Origin: Escherichia phage vB_EcoM_IME537
Sequence record: NC_054921.1
Reading direction: 5' to 3' (one strand)
DNA length: 64,000 nucleotides
Shown in pieces: positions 30,770 to 40,220 of this stretch. The number at the start of each line of letters is the position of its first letter. The first letter of the stretch is position 1. The translations under genes and the position numbers were made by a program. The notes beneath the pieces are model-generated. The model had not been told where the DNA came from, did not search any database, and saw only the letters and a list, made by a program, of their open reading frames with translations.

Positions 30770-31693
30770 TTAAGATTTAAGTAAATCAACAATTTTAATT
30801 AACTTTTCACGCTCAGATTTAGCTTTACTACTCAATCCAGATAGTCTGAAAATTTCATCATCATATTGCTGAATAGAAATATTTAGCTCTTCAATTTGCT
30901 TATTAAAATAATCAATTTGTTCAGAATGTTTTTCGTTACTACGAACTGGTACAGGTTTTGTAGGCAATTTAGTTGAACTGGATTCATCCGGGCGATAAAT
31001 TAAAATACAACTTGAACCAATCGGACATTTAGCACCAGACACATATTCTAATGTTCCGGCTTCTTTTAAAACTTCAAAAGCTAAACAGAGATGATGACCC
31101 ATATTGGCATAATCTGTAGAGTGAGCTCTGATGTAATAATCATCTCCACGAGTACTAAATTTAAAGCATTTAAGGTCTTCTGTATTATTGGTCTTAAAAA
31201 TCATTTGTTTATCTAGACCTTTAGCTAATCGAGCGCCTAATGCTAATAATCGTCGTTGATTTTTCCACAAATCCGCAATCATTTGATCGAATGATAATTT
31301 TGGCATTAGTCGACCATAAAGGTCATATCCTTTATTATAATTACGAAGGATTTCACTCGCATTAATGCGAGACAACGCTCCAATTTTATTAAGGGCTTTC
31401 ATAATGCGTTTAGATAAAAGCATTCCAGACCCGTTTGGTCGCTGTAAATGTTTTTCTAATCCAAATCCAATATCAACTTTAAACTTATCTAAAATTTCGG
31501 CATGAACATCTTTATCAATAACATTCAAATCCAAAGTTGGGTTAAATCTATGAAAAAATTTATCTGGCTCTCCACGACGAAGTACAGTCCATTCATTTGA
31601 TTTTTTATTAACTAAAGATTTAATTACTGCATTGACATTATTAATTGCTACTGACATATTTTCCTCACTCAATTTCAATTTTACTAAATACAC
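30770..31693 (-). CDS. hypothetical protein, tandem paralog family member 4
   Basis: About 295-307 aa; C-terminal coiled-coil (QIEELNISIQQYDDEIFRL...). Confidence 0.5.
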   Translation of the reverse strand: MYLVKLKLSEENMSVAINNVNAVIKSLVNKKSNEWTVLRRGEPDKFFHRFNPTLDLNVIDKDVHAEILDKFKVDIGFGLEKHLQRPNGSGMLLSKRIMKALNKIGALSRINASEILRNYNKGYDLYGRLMPKLSFDQMIADLWKNQRRLLALGARLAKGLDKQMIFKTNNTEDLKCFKFSTRGDDYYIRAHSTDYANMGHHLCLAFEVLKEAGTLEYVSGAKCPIGSSCILIYRPDESSSTKLPTKPVPVRSNEKHSEQIDYFNKQIEELNISIQQYDDEIFRLSGLSSKAKSEREKLIKIVDLLKS

Positions 31694-32072
31694 AGAATAT
31701 GATTGAACAGACTACATAAGCACCGCACACAGATTGAACTAATACCATCCCAAAGAACCAAACAATATTATCAAACAGTGTCTGTTTTACGTCGAAAGGA
31801 CGTAAACTTACAGTAATATTATCACCTTTTTCTATTGAAGAATACATCTCTGGGGAAATATATTCACTAAATCTATAACCGTCTTTGAGTTCATATACAG
31901 CAATAAACGATAAACTAGACCCTTTTCCTTGTGTTCCTGTAATGGTATTAACTACAGTAACATCATAATCTTTATAATGCATATAATCATTAATTGCGTA
32001 ATAACCGTATGCAATTGCTATACATAAACAACATATCAATAAATTCAATCTTTTAATTATCAACTGTTTCAT
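31665..32072 (-). CDS. predicted membrane protein (N- and C-terminal TM segments)
   Basis: 135 aa with hydrophobic segments at both ends. Confidence 0.45.
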   Translation of the reverse strand: MKQLIIKRLNLLICCLCIAIAYGYYAINDYMHYKDYDVTVVNTITGTQGKGSSLSFIAVYELKDGYRFSEYISPEMYSSIEKGDNITVSLRPFDVKQTLFDNIVWFFGMVLVQSVCGAYVVCSIIFCVFSKIEIE

Positions 32073-32127
32073 AATAATCTCAATTAAAAGGGCTTAGAAC
32101 CATTATACCATCCTTGGTATAAAGCAG

Positions 32128-32655
32128 TTATGCGAGTACCGTCTTTAACCGTTCTTCAAACTTCCGAAGAGTATTTTGGCGTTCAGCTCTTTGCTTTTTG
32201 TAAGTTTCAATACGCTCTGAAATGAGAGTGTATCGTTCATTTACTGATTCTTTCATAAAATCAGGAATTTCACGAGAAGCTTTAATCTCGTCAAATTTAT
32301 CAATAACAGCTTGCTCTTCAGCAATTAAGTTATCATACATTAAAATATCTTTCTTGATGAACTCAATATCTTCTTGAGTTACACGAGATAATTTAGATGC
32401 TTTATCCTTTTTGTACTGTTCGTTAGTATCACGAGACCAGTGTAATGTACGATTTTTATTCGTATTTTTGTAAATTTCTACAATACCGATCTCATCAATA
32501 ATAACGATCCAATTCCAACGGGATTTGTAAATTTGTCCTCCATCAACAATGATTTCACCTCCGATTGAGATGTCGTTAAAGAACTTGCTTTGTGCTTCAG
32601 ATTTAAATTTACCATCGTTGTAATTTACCAGGTTGAAAATATCTTTAGCGTTCAT
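32128..32655 (-). CDS. hypothetical protein
   Basis: 175 aa ORF directly downstream of an early promoter cassette. Confidence 0.45.
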   Translation of the reverse strand: MNAKDIFNLVNYNDGKFKSEAQSKFFNDISIGGEIIVDGGQIYKSRWNWIVIIDEIGIVEIYKNTNKNRTLHWSRDTNEQYKKDKASKLSRVTQEDIEFIKKDILMYDNLIAEEQAVIDKFDEIKASREIPDFMKESVNERYTLISERIETYKKQRAERQNTLRKFEERLKTVLA

Positions 32656-32681
32656 TTTCTGTTCCTCCGTAGTTGATAGTT

Positions 32682-32714
32682 GTATAGTACCACAGAGGAA
32701 CAGTCTTGTAAACC
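32682..32714 (-). promoter_or_regulatory. T4-type early promoter cassette (family A)
   Basis: Minus strand GTTTACaagactgttcctctgtggTACTAT. Confidence 0.5.
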
Positions 32715-32715
32715 A

Positions 32716-33030
32716 CTAAAAGAAACTTCTTTCACAATTTTTTCCACTGAACCATGCGCTCACTGCTTTCTTAGTCTCAGGAGCAGTGTTATCCATAAAC
32801 CATTCAAAGGCAGCCTTTTTATGATTCTGGAGGGCTTCTCGGGCTTTAATCTGCTCACGGTCTATTAACACTAACATATGAGCCTTTCTTGTCACCATGG
32901 GCTTCTTATGATTTTTTGAATACTCCCAGTCATTTGTCCATCGCATTGTCGTTGCGAACTGAAATACTGCTTCTTTAATTTTAGTTTCGTAAATTTCACG
33001 AGCCTTTGAGTATAACATCACTACCTCCAT
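32716..33030 (-). CDS. hypothetical protein
   Basis: 104 aa ORF. Confidence 0.4.
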   Translation of the reverse strand: MEVVMLYSKAREIYETKIKEAVFQFATTMRWTNDWEYSKNHKKPMVTRKAHMLVLIDREQIKAREALQNHKKAAFEWFMDNTAPETKKAVSAWFSGKNCERSFF

Positions 33031-33100
33031 TCACCAGTTTAATTCTAGTCATCTTTTTAATGGCAGTCCATATAATCTATTTCTGAACTGCCTTTTTGTC

Positions 33101-33820
33101 TTAGGATTCTTCTAAATGTCTTTTCTGAAAAGTTGATACCATACTACGATACGGTTCATTTGGATATCCGTGTTTTATAGCTTCCTTTGTAAATTTTCTC
33201 CATCCATATTTAGTTTCTTTCCAAAGCTCGAATAATTCATCTTCATACTGCCATATAGTTAAATGAGAACGCTTTGCAGCTTTAATTCCATTAATATGCT
33301 TTTCTTTTACTGCAGGATTGCTTAGTTTCTTTTTAATAATATTACTAACTTTTCTAACAAAAACTGGGTCCTTATATCGTTGCGAAGTTTTTATTGAAGT
33401 GTTTAATTTAGCTTCCGGCGTGGATGTAACCTCTTTCATCTTTTTCTTCATATGCTGTATATGATTAGGATTTTTCCATAAATTTATAGAATGCTTTTTG
33501 CATTTTATCCTAGTTTCATCTGCAACCTTTCCTCCTTCACCCCCGTATGACAGGTTAACACAGTTTTTTCCATATTTCAATTTACCTGCCATGATATATA
33601 ATATTTCAGCTTGTACCATTTTATCATAATTATCAAAAACTTCTAAAACCGTTTTTGATAATATGTGGTCATTTGACACTTTTACACGTTCTATATAATT
33701 TCCACTACCAACATACGAATCATTGATGTTATTAGTTATATGTCGACCATAATAGTATTTCTTAATACCTGTCTTTAAATTTAATATTTCAGTTTTATAG
33801 ATAGTAAAATATTTTTTCAT
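33101..33820 (-). CDS. free-standing Seg-like GIY-YIG homing endonuclease
   Basis: 239 aa; N-terminal GIY-YIG-like module (YFTIYKTEI...KKYYYGRH...YVGSG) resembling segB in this window; basic C-terminal DNA-binding region. Confidence 0.6.
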   Translation of the reverse strand: MKKYFTIYKTEILNLKTGIKKYYYGRHITNNINDSYVGSGNYIERVKVSNDHILSKTVLEVFDNYDKMVQAEILYIMAGKLKYGKNCVNLSYGGEGGKVADETRIKCKKHSINLWKNPNHIQHMKKKMKEVTSTPEAKLNTSIKTSQRYKDPVFVRKVSNIIKKKLSNPAVKEKHINGIKAAKRSHLTIWQYEDELFELWKETKYGWRKFTKEAIKHGYPNEPYRSMVSTFQKRHLEES

Positions 33821-34797
33821 TTTAATAATACCGTTTCAGCAATTTCTTCCCAACCGTTTTTATCGGTCATAATAAAGTCAGCAAGATAAAGAGCAGTACG
33901 CAGTGAAACATTGCGTAAACGATTAACATTGACTTTCATCCATGATAATGCTTTATAAGTTTCTTCATCAGAAAGACCGCGCTTTTGCATCATGTCGGTT
34001 GAAAGAATAACATCTTCAACCCTGACCATAATTTCTTCATTAGTGTGAACACCCAAATCCAAATAAACTGAGCGGGATACTAATGCTTGTAAATGTGGAG
34101 CAAGTTTAGTACCACGGTCTAATTCGCGGTCAATGTCAACGTTTGTGATAAAAACAATCGTTCCTTTAAATTCAAACTCACGCTCAATGCCTTTTTCTTC
34201 TAAGTAAGAAGATGCAGTGCTCCAGCAGACTTTACGGGTCTCTCCAGTGTCCAGAGCGGCTTTTAGAAGATTAAGAATGTCCATATCAGAGAAAACATCC
34301 ACATCATCAATCAAAAGGACAGAATTCTCTTCACGATTATTCCAAAGTTGTTCATAAAGACCGATACCGGAGATTTTACCGTTAATGCTTTTATATTCAA
34401 TGTATCCATTATCATTTGCTTTATTCAAAGCTTTATCTAAAGAATACGTTTTACCAATACCTGCTGCACCAGAGATAATTAATGAACGAATGTTTCCGTT
34501 AATAATACCATTCGTCATCATTCCCATAACATTAAATCTTTTATTAATGCGGGTTTTCATATCTTCATATGATTCTTTAACTTCTTCAACTTTTACACCA
34601 TCATATGAAATGTCTGATTTGTAAACCCAAACACCGCGACGTTTACCGTCAATTTCAACAAAAACTTTACCATCTCCTTGTGCATCTACCGGAGCATTAT
34701 CTGGGAACCATTCACCTAAGAGCTCAAAAGTTCCAGAGATTTCTTTACCGAAGTAGATACCCTTATTGATAGTTACAGTTTTCATTTTATTCTCCAA
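33817..34797 (-). CDS. P-loop ATPase (AAA+-like)
   Basis: 326 aa; Walker A GAAGIGKT, Walker B VLLIDDVDVF. Confidence 0.55.
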   Translation of the reverse strand: MENKMKTVTINKGIYFGKEISGTFELLGEWFPDNAPVDAQGDGKVFVEIDGKRRGVWVYKSDISYDGVKVEEVKESYEDMKTRINKRFNVMGMMTNGIINGNIRSLIISGAAGIGKTYSLDKALNKANDNGYIEYKSINGKISGIGLYEQLWNNREENSVLLIDDVDVFSDMDILNLLKAALDTGETRKVCWSTASSYLEEKGIEREFEFKGTIVFITNVDIDRELDRGTKLAPHLQALVSRSVYLDLGVHTNEEIMVRVEDVILSTDMMQKRGLSDEETYKALSWMKVNVNRLRNVSLRTALYLADFIMTDKNGWEEIAETVLLK

Positions 34798-34818
34798 TTT
34801 TACATTTGTTTTGATAGG

Positions 34819-34852
34819 GTAATAGTATCACACTACTACCCTGCTGTAAACA
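34819..34852 (-). promoter_or_regulatory. T4-type early promoter cassette (family B)
   Basis: Minus strand GTTTACagcagggtagtagtgtgaTACTAT. Confidence 0.5.
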
Positions 34853-34854
34853 AT

Positions 34855-35118
34855 TTATTTTAATGTTCGCCAAATTTTTACTGCTTCGCGACGAGATACT
34901 TCTACAGCTCCAAGTTCTACAGCTTTTTGGCGTCGCCGAGCGTGTAAGTCATAATGTTTAATGCGTTTATCTTGAAACCAAGAACGTTTCATTCCTATTG
35001 CTTCTGCCATTTCGTGAAGCTCTTCAATATCTCCATCAGTGAACATATGACAATTTTTAGTTGGATGACCGCGAAGTTTCCATCCATGATTCATTAAAAC
35101 ATCTACGTAAACTGTCAT
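34855..35118 (-). CDS. DUF4031-like small protein
   Basis: 87 aa; MTVYVD...CHMF.D...EELH.MA..IG..R.WFQ...HYDL pattern as I recall for DUF4031. Confidence 0.45.
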   Translation of the reverse strand: MTVYVDVLMNHGWKLRGHPTKNCHMFTDGDIEELHEMAEAIGMKRSWFQDKRIKHYDLHARRRQKAVELGAVEVSRREAVKIWRTLK

Positions 35119-35264
35119 TGATTCTTCTCCAAATAAGTTTCGATAATTTTCTGAGCGAGATAAACTGCATTATCTTCAGTTGCATCTTCTAAGAAACTTT
35201 CAAAACACTCTGAAATTTCTTCTGTGTCAATCAACTTTTTTACTTCAATTGGTGTAATTTTCAT
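35115..35264 (-). CDS. hypothetical small protein
   Basis: Track ORF 35115..35333; start moved to MKITPIEVKK downstream of the promoter -10 element. Confidence 0.3.
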   Translation of the reverse strand: MKITPIEVKKLIDTEEISECFESFLEDATEDNAVYLAQKIIETYLEKNQ

Positions 35265-35298
35265 TTTGTTTTTCCGTTTAAGTGTTTGTTTTGATAGT

Positions 35299-35323
35299 TG
35301 TATAGTACCATAAGCCCGAAGGC
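35299..35323 (-). promoter_or_regulatory. promoter -10-like element fused to a UUCG hairpin (partial cassette)
   Basis: gttgtatagtacca family-A -10 segment followed by agcccgaaggct hairpin; no GTTTAC -35. Confidence 0.3.
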
Positions 35324-35329
35324 TCCCTA

Positions 35330-36343
35330 TCATTTATAATAACTTCGGTGGTTTTCAAGATAGACCTTCTCAAGGAAGTCATCCCAGAAACTCATGTCTA
35401 CTGTTTTAGGCATACCGTTCTTAGAAGCTTCAGTAGATGCTGCTTCTACTTGATCGACCACATCTTCCAAAAACTCTTGAACCGTTTTAAATGGATGTTT
35501 ACCCAACTTCACGTCAAGAATAAATGGAGCGTCTTGAAGTGGATAAACCAAGTCACCAGTTTTGTAAATTTCCAATAGTTGAAGTCCACCACGACAAGCA
35601 TGGCTCAGAGCTTTCCAGTCAATACCTTCGTTGGCTTCGGCCTTACGGGCACGTTCACCATATTCAGCATCTAATTTGTTCAGTGACTGCTTAAGCTCAA
35701 TAAGAGAAAGCGTTGTCTGATATTTACGACCCAACACAGTGTAGAACATTTGCGGGCCTGTTTTCTCATAATTATGGAACACCCATTCACAGAACTCGTT
35801 TTCTGGAAGACGATGCTTAATATCTTCAACTTTAGTGCGACGAAGTCTATCAGGGATTCCTTCTTGATAGTCGACCCACTGGTCAGGGATTTGATTAACT
35901 ACTTTCAATACATCACGTAATGCGGCCAAACGAGAACCCTTGACACCGTATTTAGAAGCTTGCTTACGGACATATCCTAAATAGGATTTCATGTTAGTCG
36001 TATAAAAACGAGAACGGTTGTCTTGAATAAACTTCCACACATCAGGCAAATCAGATTTAACCACTAGCTCAGGTGGAGTGTGAAGCATATCTAATGCTAC
36101 AGTTTCACCATCTGCTGCTAATTTAAAGAAATACTTAAGACTGTATAGTTCATGGTCAATATCATCTTTAGTGTTTTTAGATGATGTGTTGTTAGTGTTT
36201 TTACTCATGTGCTCTTTAACGTTTCCAATAAGAATATCACGAGCAGGAGGAACAAAGATTTCTTTAAAATCTACATCAGATTCTGGTGTAGAAGTTCCAT
36301 AAAGATGACTACCAAAATAACTTTTCATTACTGTTTTCATCAT
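35330..36343 (-). CDS. putative nucleotidyltransferase (Pol-beta superfamily-like)
   Basis: 337 aa; N-terminal GS...G.S..SDVDF motif (YFGSHLYGTSTPESDVDFKEIF) followed by a helical domain. Confidence 0.45.
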   Translation of the reverse strand: MMKTVMKSYFGSHLYGTSTPESDVDFKEIFVPPARDILIGNVKEHMSKNTNNTSSKNTKDDIDHELYSLKYFFKLAADGETVALDMLHTPPELVVKSDLPDVWKFIQDNRSRFYTTNMKSYLGYVRKQASKYGVKGSRLAALRDVLKVVNQIPDQWVDYQEGIPDRLRRTKVEDIKHRLPENEFCEWVFHNYEKTGPQMFYTVLGRKYQTTLSLIELKQSLNKLDAEYGERARKAEANEGIDWKALSHACRGGLQLLEIYKTGDLVYPLQDAPFILDVKLGKHPFKTVQEFLEDVVDQVEAASTEASKNGMPKTVDMSFWDDFLEKVYLENHRSYYK

Positions 36344-36801
36344 TCAGCCTTATATTCAATAACAGGACACACTTTAGCTTTACGAGCTTTTAAAAATTCA
36401 ACGATAATCGATTTCTTGGGTTGAATAGGAGGTAAACCTTTATACGCCCTATCAATGTTTTCTACGTGTAAAGCATAATCCTTTTTCCATTTATAATCTT
36501 TATATTTTTCACGCAAATGTGCAGGAATAACAAATGAACCGATAATAAGTAAAACAACAAAAAGCGCAAGTATAAATGCCGATGGAAGAAGAATCCATAA
36601 ACTACCGAAAATAAGCCAACGTTGTAGGCTTTCTGCACAAATAATTGTTAGCCCTACGAGTATAGCACATCCAAAAATAGAAACGAAAAATGTAGGAATG
36701 GCAATAGACCAAAAATATGCGCATAGTGTCTTAGGTCGTTGCCATTCATCGTTAAACAATTTGAATAATTTATAGTGCCAAGAGTTTTCATTAATAATCA
36801 T
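36340..36801 (-). CDS. predicted multi-pass membrane protein
   Basis: 153 aa with three or four hydrophobic segments. Confidence 0.45.
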   Translation of the reverse strand: MIINENSWHYKLFKLFNDEWQRPKTLCAYFWSIAIPTFFVSIFGCAILVGLTIICAESLQRWLIFGSLWILLPSAFILALFVVLLIIGSFVIPAHLREKYKDYKWKKDYALHVENIDRAYKGLPPIQPKKSIIVEFLKARKAKVCPVIEYKAE

Positions 36802-36803
36802 AA

Positions 36804-37325
36804 TTATCCTTTCATTGAAGGTGTAACAGTTGTTAAATACTTAATCATAGCCTCAGCTTCTGATTTTGATAATGAAATTTCTCCATTGTTTTGACGAATA
36901 GAAATAAAATCCGGATGACGGTCACCACCAGCTTTTAAAACACACATATAAGTATCAGTTTCATCTTCAATATTTGAAATGATTGAAGCAGTTCCACATG
37001 AATGCGGTTTTTGATAAATCAATACAGCTTTTCTTCCGCCATTTGACTGTTCATAAACTTTTAATACATCAAACAAATCACTTCTTTTATCAATAGCTAA
37101 AATGTTATTTTCATCTTCAATGTTAAATCCTTCGGATACTTCATAAAGTGTCACCCATAAATCGCCAATATCAATAACAGCGTTCACTTTTCCATGACTT
37201 TCAAGAGCATGACAAATTTTCTTGATTTCGTCATAACTCATTTTAATAATATCATCTCCTTGACTAAGAAAGATGTCATTTTTAAATTCAACACGAATTA
37301 AACCGCTTCCACTTGAAATAAACAT
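36804..37325 (-). CDS. hypothetical protein
   Basis: 173 aa ORF. Confidence 0.4.
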   Translation of the reverse strand: MFISSGSGLIRVEFKNDIFLSQGDDIIKMSYDEIKKICHALESHGKVNAVIDIGDLWVTLYEVSEGFNIEDENNILAIDKRSDLFDVLKVYEQSNGGRKAVLIYQKPHSCGTASIISNIEDETDTYMCVLKAGGDRHPDFISIRQNNGEISLSKSEAEAMIKYLTTVTPSMKG

Positions 37326-37480
37326 ATTTCCTCACTTTGAAATCATAGTTGGAATAACAGAATCAAGATAAGTCTTTAGCGCAATAGCTTCGTCTTTGGT
37401 AAATGTGACAATATGTGCTCGAGAATCATCAATTTGACGAATAGTTAAGACATCTCCTTCTTCATAGCATTTTGATACAT

Positions 37481-37873
37481 TTAAAACAGTTTCATCATTC
37501 TGATCGCACTGATCGCAAGCGTTAGTAATAATAGCATTGCAATTTTAAGCCATTTTAAACTATGTTTTCTTTCATTAGAATAATAAAAATATTTAATGTA
37601 AGTTATAAAATTATCCCAATTATTAATTGATAAGCATATTGACTCGCTTTCAATGTTAAATCCTGGGCATAAAGAATAGAAATGAATTTTATGCTCATCA
37701 TTAATGCTTACAATTTTATCAGTATAAGGATATTCAATTTGGGTTAAATGAATGATTTCACTAGGCGTAAAATATAGCATATCGTCTTCTTGCGTCAAAC
37801 GATACATGTTATTTACTTTTTCTATAGCCAATTCACCAAAAAGCGGACTAACTTCTAGTACTAATCGTTTCAT
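37481..37873 (-). CDS. hypothetical protein with C-terminal hydrophobic segment
   Basis: Track ORF 37481..37894; start moved to MKRLVLEV. Confidence 0.35.
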   Translation of the reverse strand: MKRLVLEVSPLFGELAIEKVNNMYRLTQEDDMLYFTPSEIIHLTQIEYPYTDKIVSINDEHKIHFYSLCPGFNIESESICLSINNWDNFITYIKYFYYSNERKHSLKWLKIAMLLLLTLAISAIRMMKLF

Positions 37874-37874
37874 A

Positions 37875-38153
37875 TTAATCCTTTTTATTGGCACGAATTT
37901 GTTCTAAAATTTTAGAATATTCCTTTGTATCAGATTTACGTACAATTGATACACTATAAGGCATACTATCGGTGTCTTTTATAAAGCGTTCCAAATGACA
38001 CTCTAACAAAATTTCTGGATTATAAATCGTGTACATCAAATTACCTGTTGCTCCACGATATTGGCAGATTTCTACTGATTGAACACCATTCCATAATTTT
38101 GTTAAAACTAAATCACCTACTTCTAATTTAGGAAAGCCCATGTTATTCACCAA
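37875..38153 (-). CDS. hypothetical protein
   Basis: 92 aa ORF. Confidence 0.4.
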   Translation of the reverse strand: MVNNMGFPKLEVGDLVLTKLWNGVQSVEICQYRGATGNLMYTIYNPEILLECHLERFIKDTDSMPYSVSIVRKSDTKEYSKILEQIRANKKD

Positions 38154-38328
38154 TTAAAGTTTCAATATAAGAATCAAGATTTACTTTAGCTTCTTCCATA
38201 AGAGTTTTGTATTTAATCTTGTTAGCATGTCCGGAGAAAGCTGATTCATCAATAATTGTTGATGTATGAACAGCTTTACTATACGTCTCAATTAATTCTC
38301 TTAATTTAAAAGCCTGCTCACTTGTCAT
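38143..38328 (-). CDS. small helical protein (paralog family with 38493-38666, 38656-38850, 38853-39071)
   Basis: 61 aa; MTSEQAFKLRELIETYSKAV... pattern shared with neighbours. Confidence 0.4.
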   Translation of the reverse strand: MTSEQAFKLRELIETYSKAVHTSTIIDESAFSGHANKIKYKTLMEEAKVNLDSYIETLIGE

Positions 38329-38438
38329 TACATACTCCTTTGAATAATATCAATAATGTTATTCACCAGATTATAAGTAAACATTGGGTAATTATATTGA
38401 ATCATCACATACACAACAAACAAAACTTTCATTCTCTT

Positions 38439-38471
38439 CTCCTTGGCAGTTGACAAGATTACTATACCATA
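38439..38471 (-). promoter_or_regulatory. T4-type early promoter
   Basis: Minus strand GTTTACaagttggcaaggttatggTATAGT. Confidence 0.45.
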
Positions 38472-38492
38472 ACCTTGCCAACTTGTAAACCA

Positions 38493-38666
38493 TTAAATGA
38501 CGTTTTCAATAAAATTCTGAAGCTTTGTATGAGCATCAACCATGATTTTCATTTCTTCTTTGGCGAAAGCTGTACCTCTTTCCCGAGCAGAACACTCATA
38601 GTCAGAAACTGCATTAGCATATTCTTCAATTAGTTTCATTAAAAACATCTGCTTTTCAGTTTTCAT
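38493..38666 (-). CDS. small helical protein (below ORF-track threshold)
   Basis: Hand-translated about 57 aa ORF MKTEKQMFLMKLIEEYANAV... Confidence 0.25.
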   Translation of the reverse strand: MKTEKQMFLMKLIEEYANAVSDYECSARERGTAFAKEEMKIMVDAHTKLQNFIENVI

Positions 38667-38850
38667 TATTCCACCTAATCATTTCAAGATATTGAACTAA
38701 CTTAGCTTTGGATTTATCCAAATCCTTTTTAGCTGCTTCTATACCGTCGTATGAATATCCTTCACAATGCTCAACTGCCAATTGATATGAATCTATTTCA
38801 ATATCACGTGCTAATTTAATGATTTTTTCAAACTGTTCGCGTGTTAGCAT
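38656..38850 (-). CDS. small helical protein
   Basis: 64 aa; MLTREQFEKIIKLARDIEIDSYQLAV... Confidence 0.4.
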   Translation of the reverse strand: MLTREQFEKIIKLARDIEIDSYQLAVEHCEGYSYDGIEAAKKDLDKSKAKLVQYLEMIRWNNEN

Positions 38851-38852
38851 AA

Positions 38853-39071
38853 TTAAACTCTCGTATTATGATCGATAATTTCATCAAGAAACATATCTAA
38901 CGCTTCTACAGCATTATCAACTTTAGCTTCAAGTTCTTCAATACCTGATAAGGCAAAGTTAATGCGTTCCTCATCTGCTTTACGAATTGAAGCCACTAAT
39001 TCCTTGATTTTATCCGCTTGTTCGATACTAATCATTATTCCACCACATATGAAAGAGAGAATATTGCACAC
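38853..39071 (-). CDS. small helical protein
   Basis: 72 aa; ...[22 protein letters not shown]... Confidence 0.4.
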
Positions 39072-39223
39072 GCCATGTGAGTTGCAACTTCATCACACAT
39101 ATTATAACGTTTCTTAAGAAGTTCTACAAGTTCTTCACTAGTAACTTCATCCATGTCGACGAAAAAATCACCATTAATGATGACGTAGATATTTCCTTCT
39201 TGATTGAGTGCTTCAATTTTCAT
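39035..39223 (-). CDS. hypothetical small acidic protein
   Basis: Track ORF 39035..39268; start moved to MKIEALNQ downstream of the promoter. Confidence 0.3.
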
Positions 39224-39248
39224 GATGTTCTCCTCTTTATCCGATGGT

Positions 39249-39282
39249 TGTATAGTATCACAGCTCAAATGGAAAGTAAACC
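39249..39282 (-). promoter_or_regulatory. T4-type early promoter
   Basis: Minus strand GTTTACtttccatttgagctgtgaTACTAT. Confidence 0.45.
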
Positions 39283-39318
39283 GGTAAAATGAAAAAAGTC
39301 TCCCGAAGGAGACTAATG

Positions 39319-39705
39319 TTATTCGAGGGAAAGAAGATACTTACTCTGGTAAAACATTCCAGTAATATCATCTATCGTGCTTTGAATGGCTGGAGGCATT
39401 TCTTTATAAATGCTGTTAGATTGGTCTAGTATACGATCAATCATTTTAATTGTGTCGGTAGGAAGTTTACTGGCATCCGGAATTGACGGCGTGTATTTTC
39501 TACCAGAATACCCCAAATATTGCTCACCAAATTTATCAATCAAATCTGGCAACTCGGAGAAAATAAAATCGTATGCTTTGTGTCTAGCATAATTTTTAGT
39601 TTCAAAATGCGCAGAATGAAAATAAGCTTGTGCAGCCATTAATAAACCTAAGTATTCATCTGCCTTTGAAGGTTTTCCACTTTGTGAAAAGTCGCTGAAT
39701 TTCAT
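39319..39705 (-). CDS. hypothetical protein (rI.-1 position)
   Basis: 128 aa ORF immediately downstream of rI. Confidence 0.4.
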
Positions 39706-39995
39706 TCAGTCTCCAATTTAATGTTCATAATTCTAGCGTATGATTGTGCCATCTCCGCGCCTCGCTCTATACATTCAAAATCGGAAGAGCACGGGTCATT
39801 TTTATAAGTCGTTCGCATAAAACTATAGAACTGTTCAGATGATTCTACGCTTTTGTTTTCAAAAAGCATATAAACGTGTCTAATACCAGATTCCATAAAT
39901 TTATCAAAATGAGGATCGGCATTCGCTTCAATCGGTGGAGATAAAGCAAACGCTAATCCTAGCATGGCAAATAGTGCCGTTGCTTTTAAGGCCAT
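39702..39995 (-). CDS. rI: lysis inhibition regulator RI
   Basis: 97 aa with N-terminal signal-anchor; near-identical to T4 RI from memory. Confidence 0.88.
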   Translation of the reverse strand: MALKATALFAMLGLAFALSPPIEANADPHFDKFMESGIRHVYMLFENKSVESSEQFYSFMRTTYKNDPCSSDFECIERGAEMAQSYARIMNIKLETE

Positions 39996-40007
39996 AAAGG
40001 CCTCCTA

Positions 40008-40220
40008 TCATTTTTGTCCTGTATTTACTTTATGCCGATGCACGGCCTTAACTTTATCAAGGTATTTTTCAAAATTTCGCAATCTAGTATAGTCTGCCGG
40101 AGATTGGTTGAGTGATACTTCTCGACGCAAAGCTGAAATGATATTTCCAACTTCCCTACGAATTTCATCTAATTGAAGAACAGTAAGATTGCGAAGTTGC
40201 TTTTCAGTTAATTGTAGCAT
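40008..40220 (-). CDS. hypothetical protein (rI.1 position)
   Basis: 70 aa basic ORF. Confidence 0.4.
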
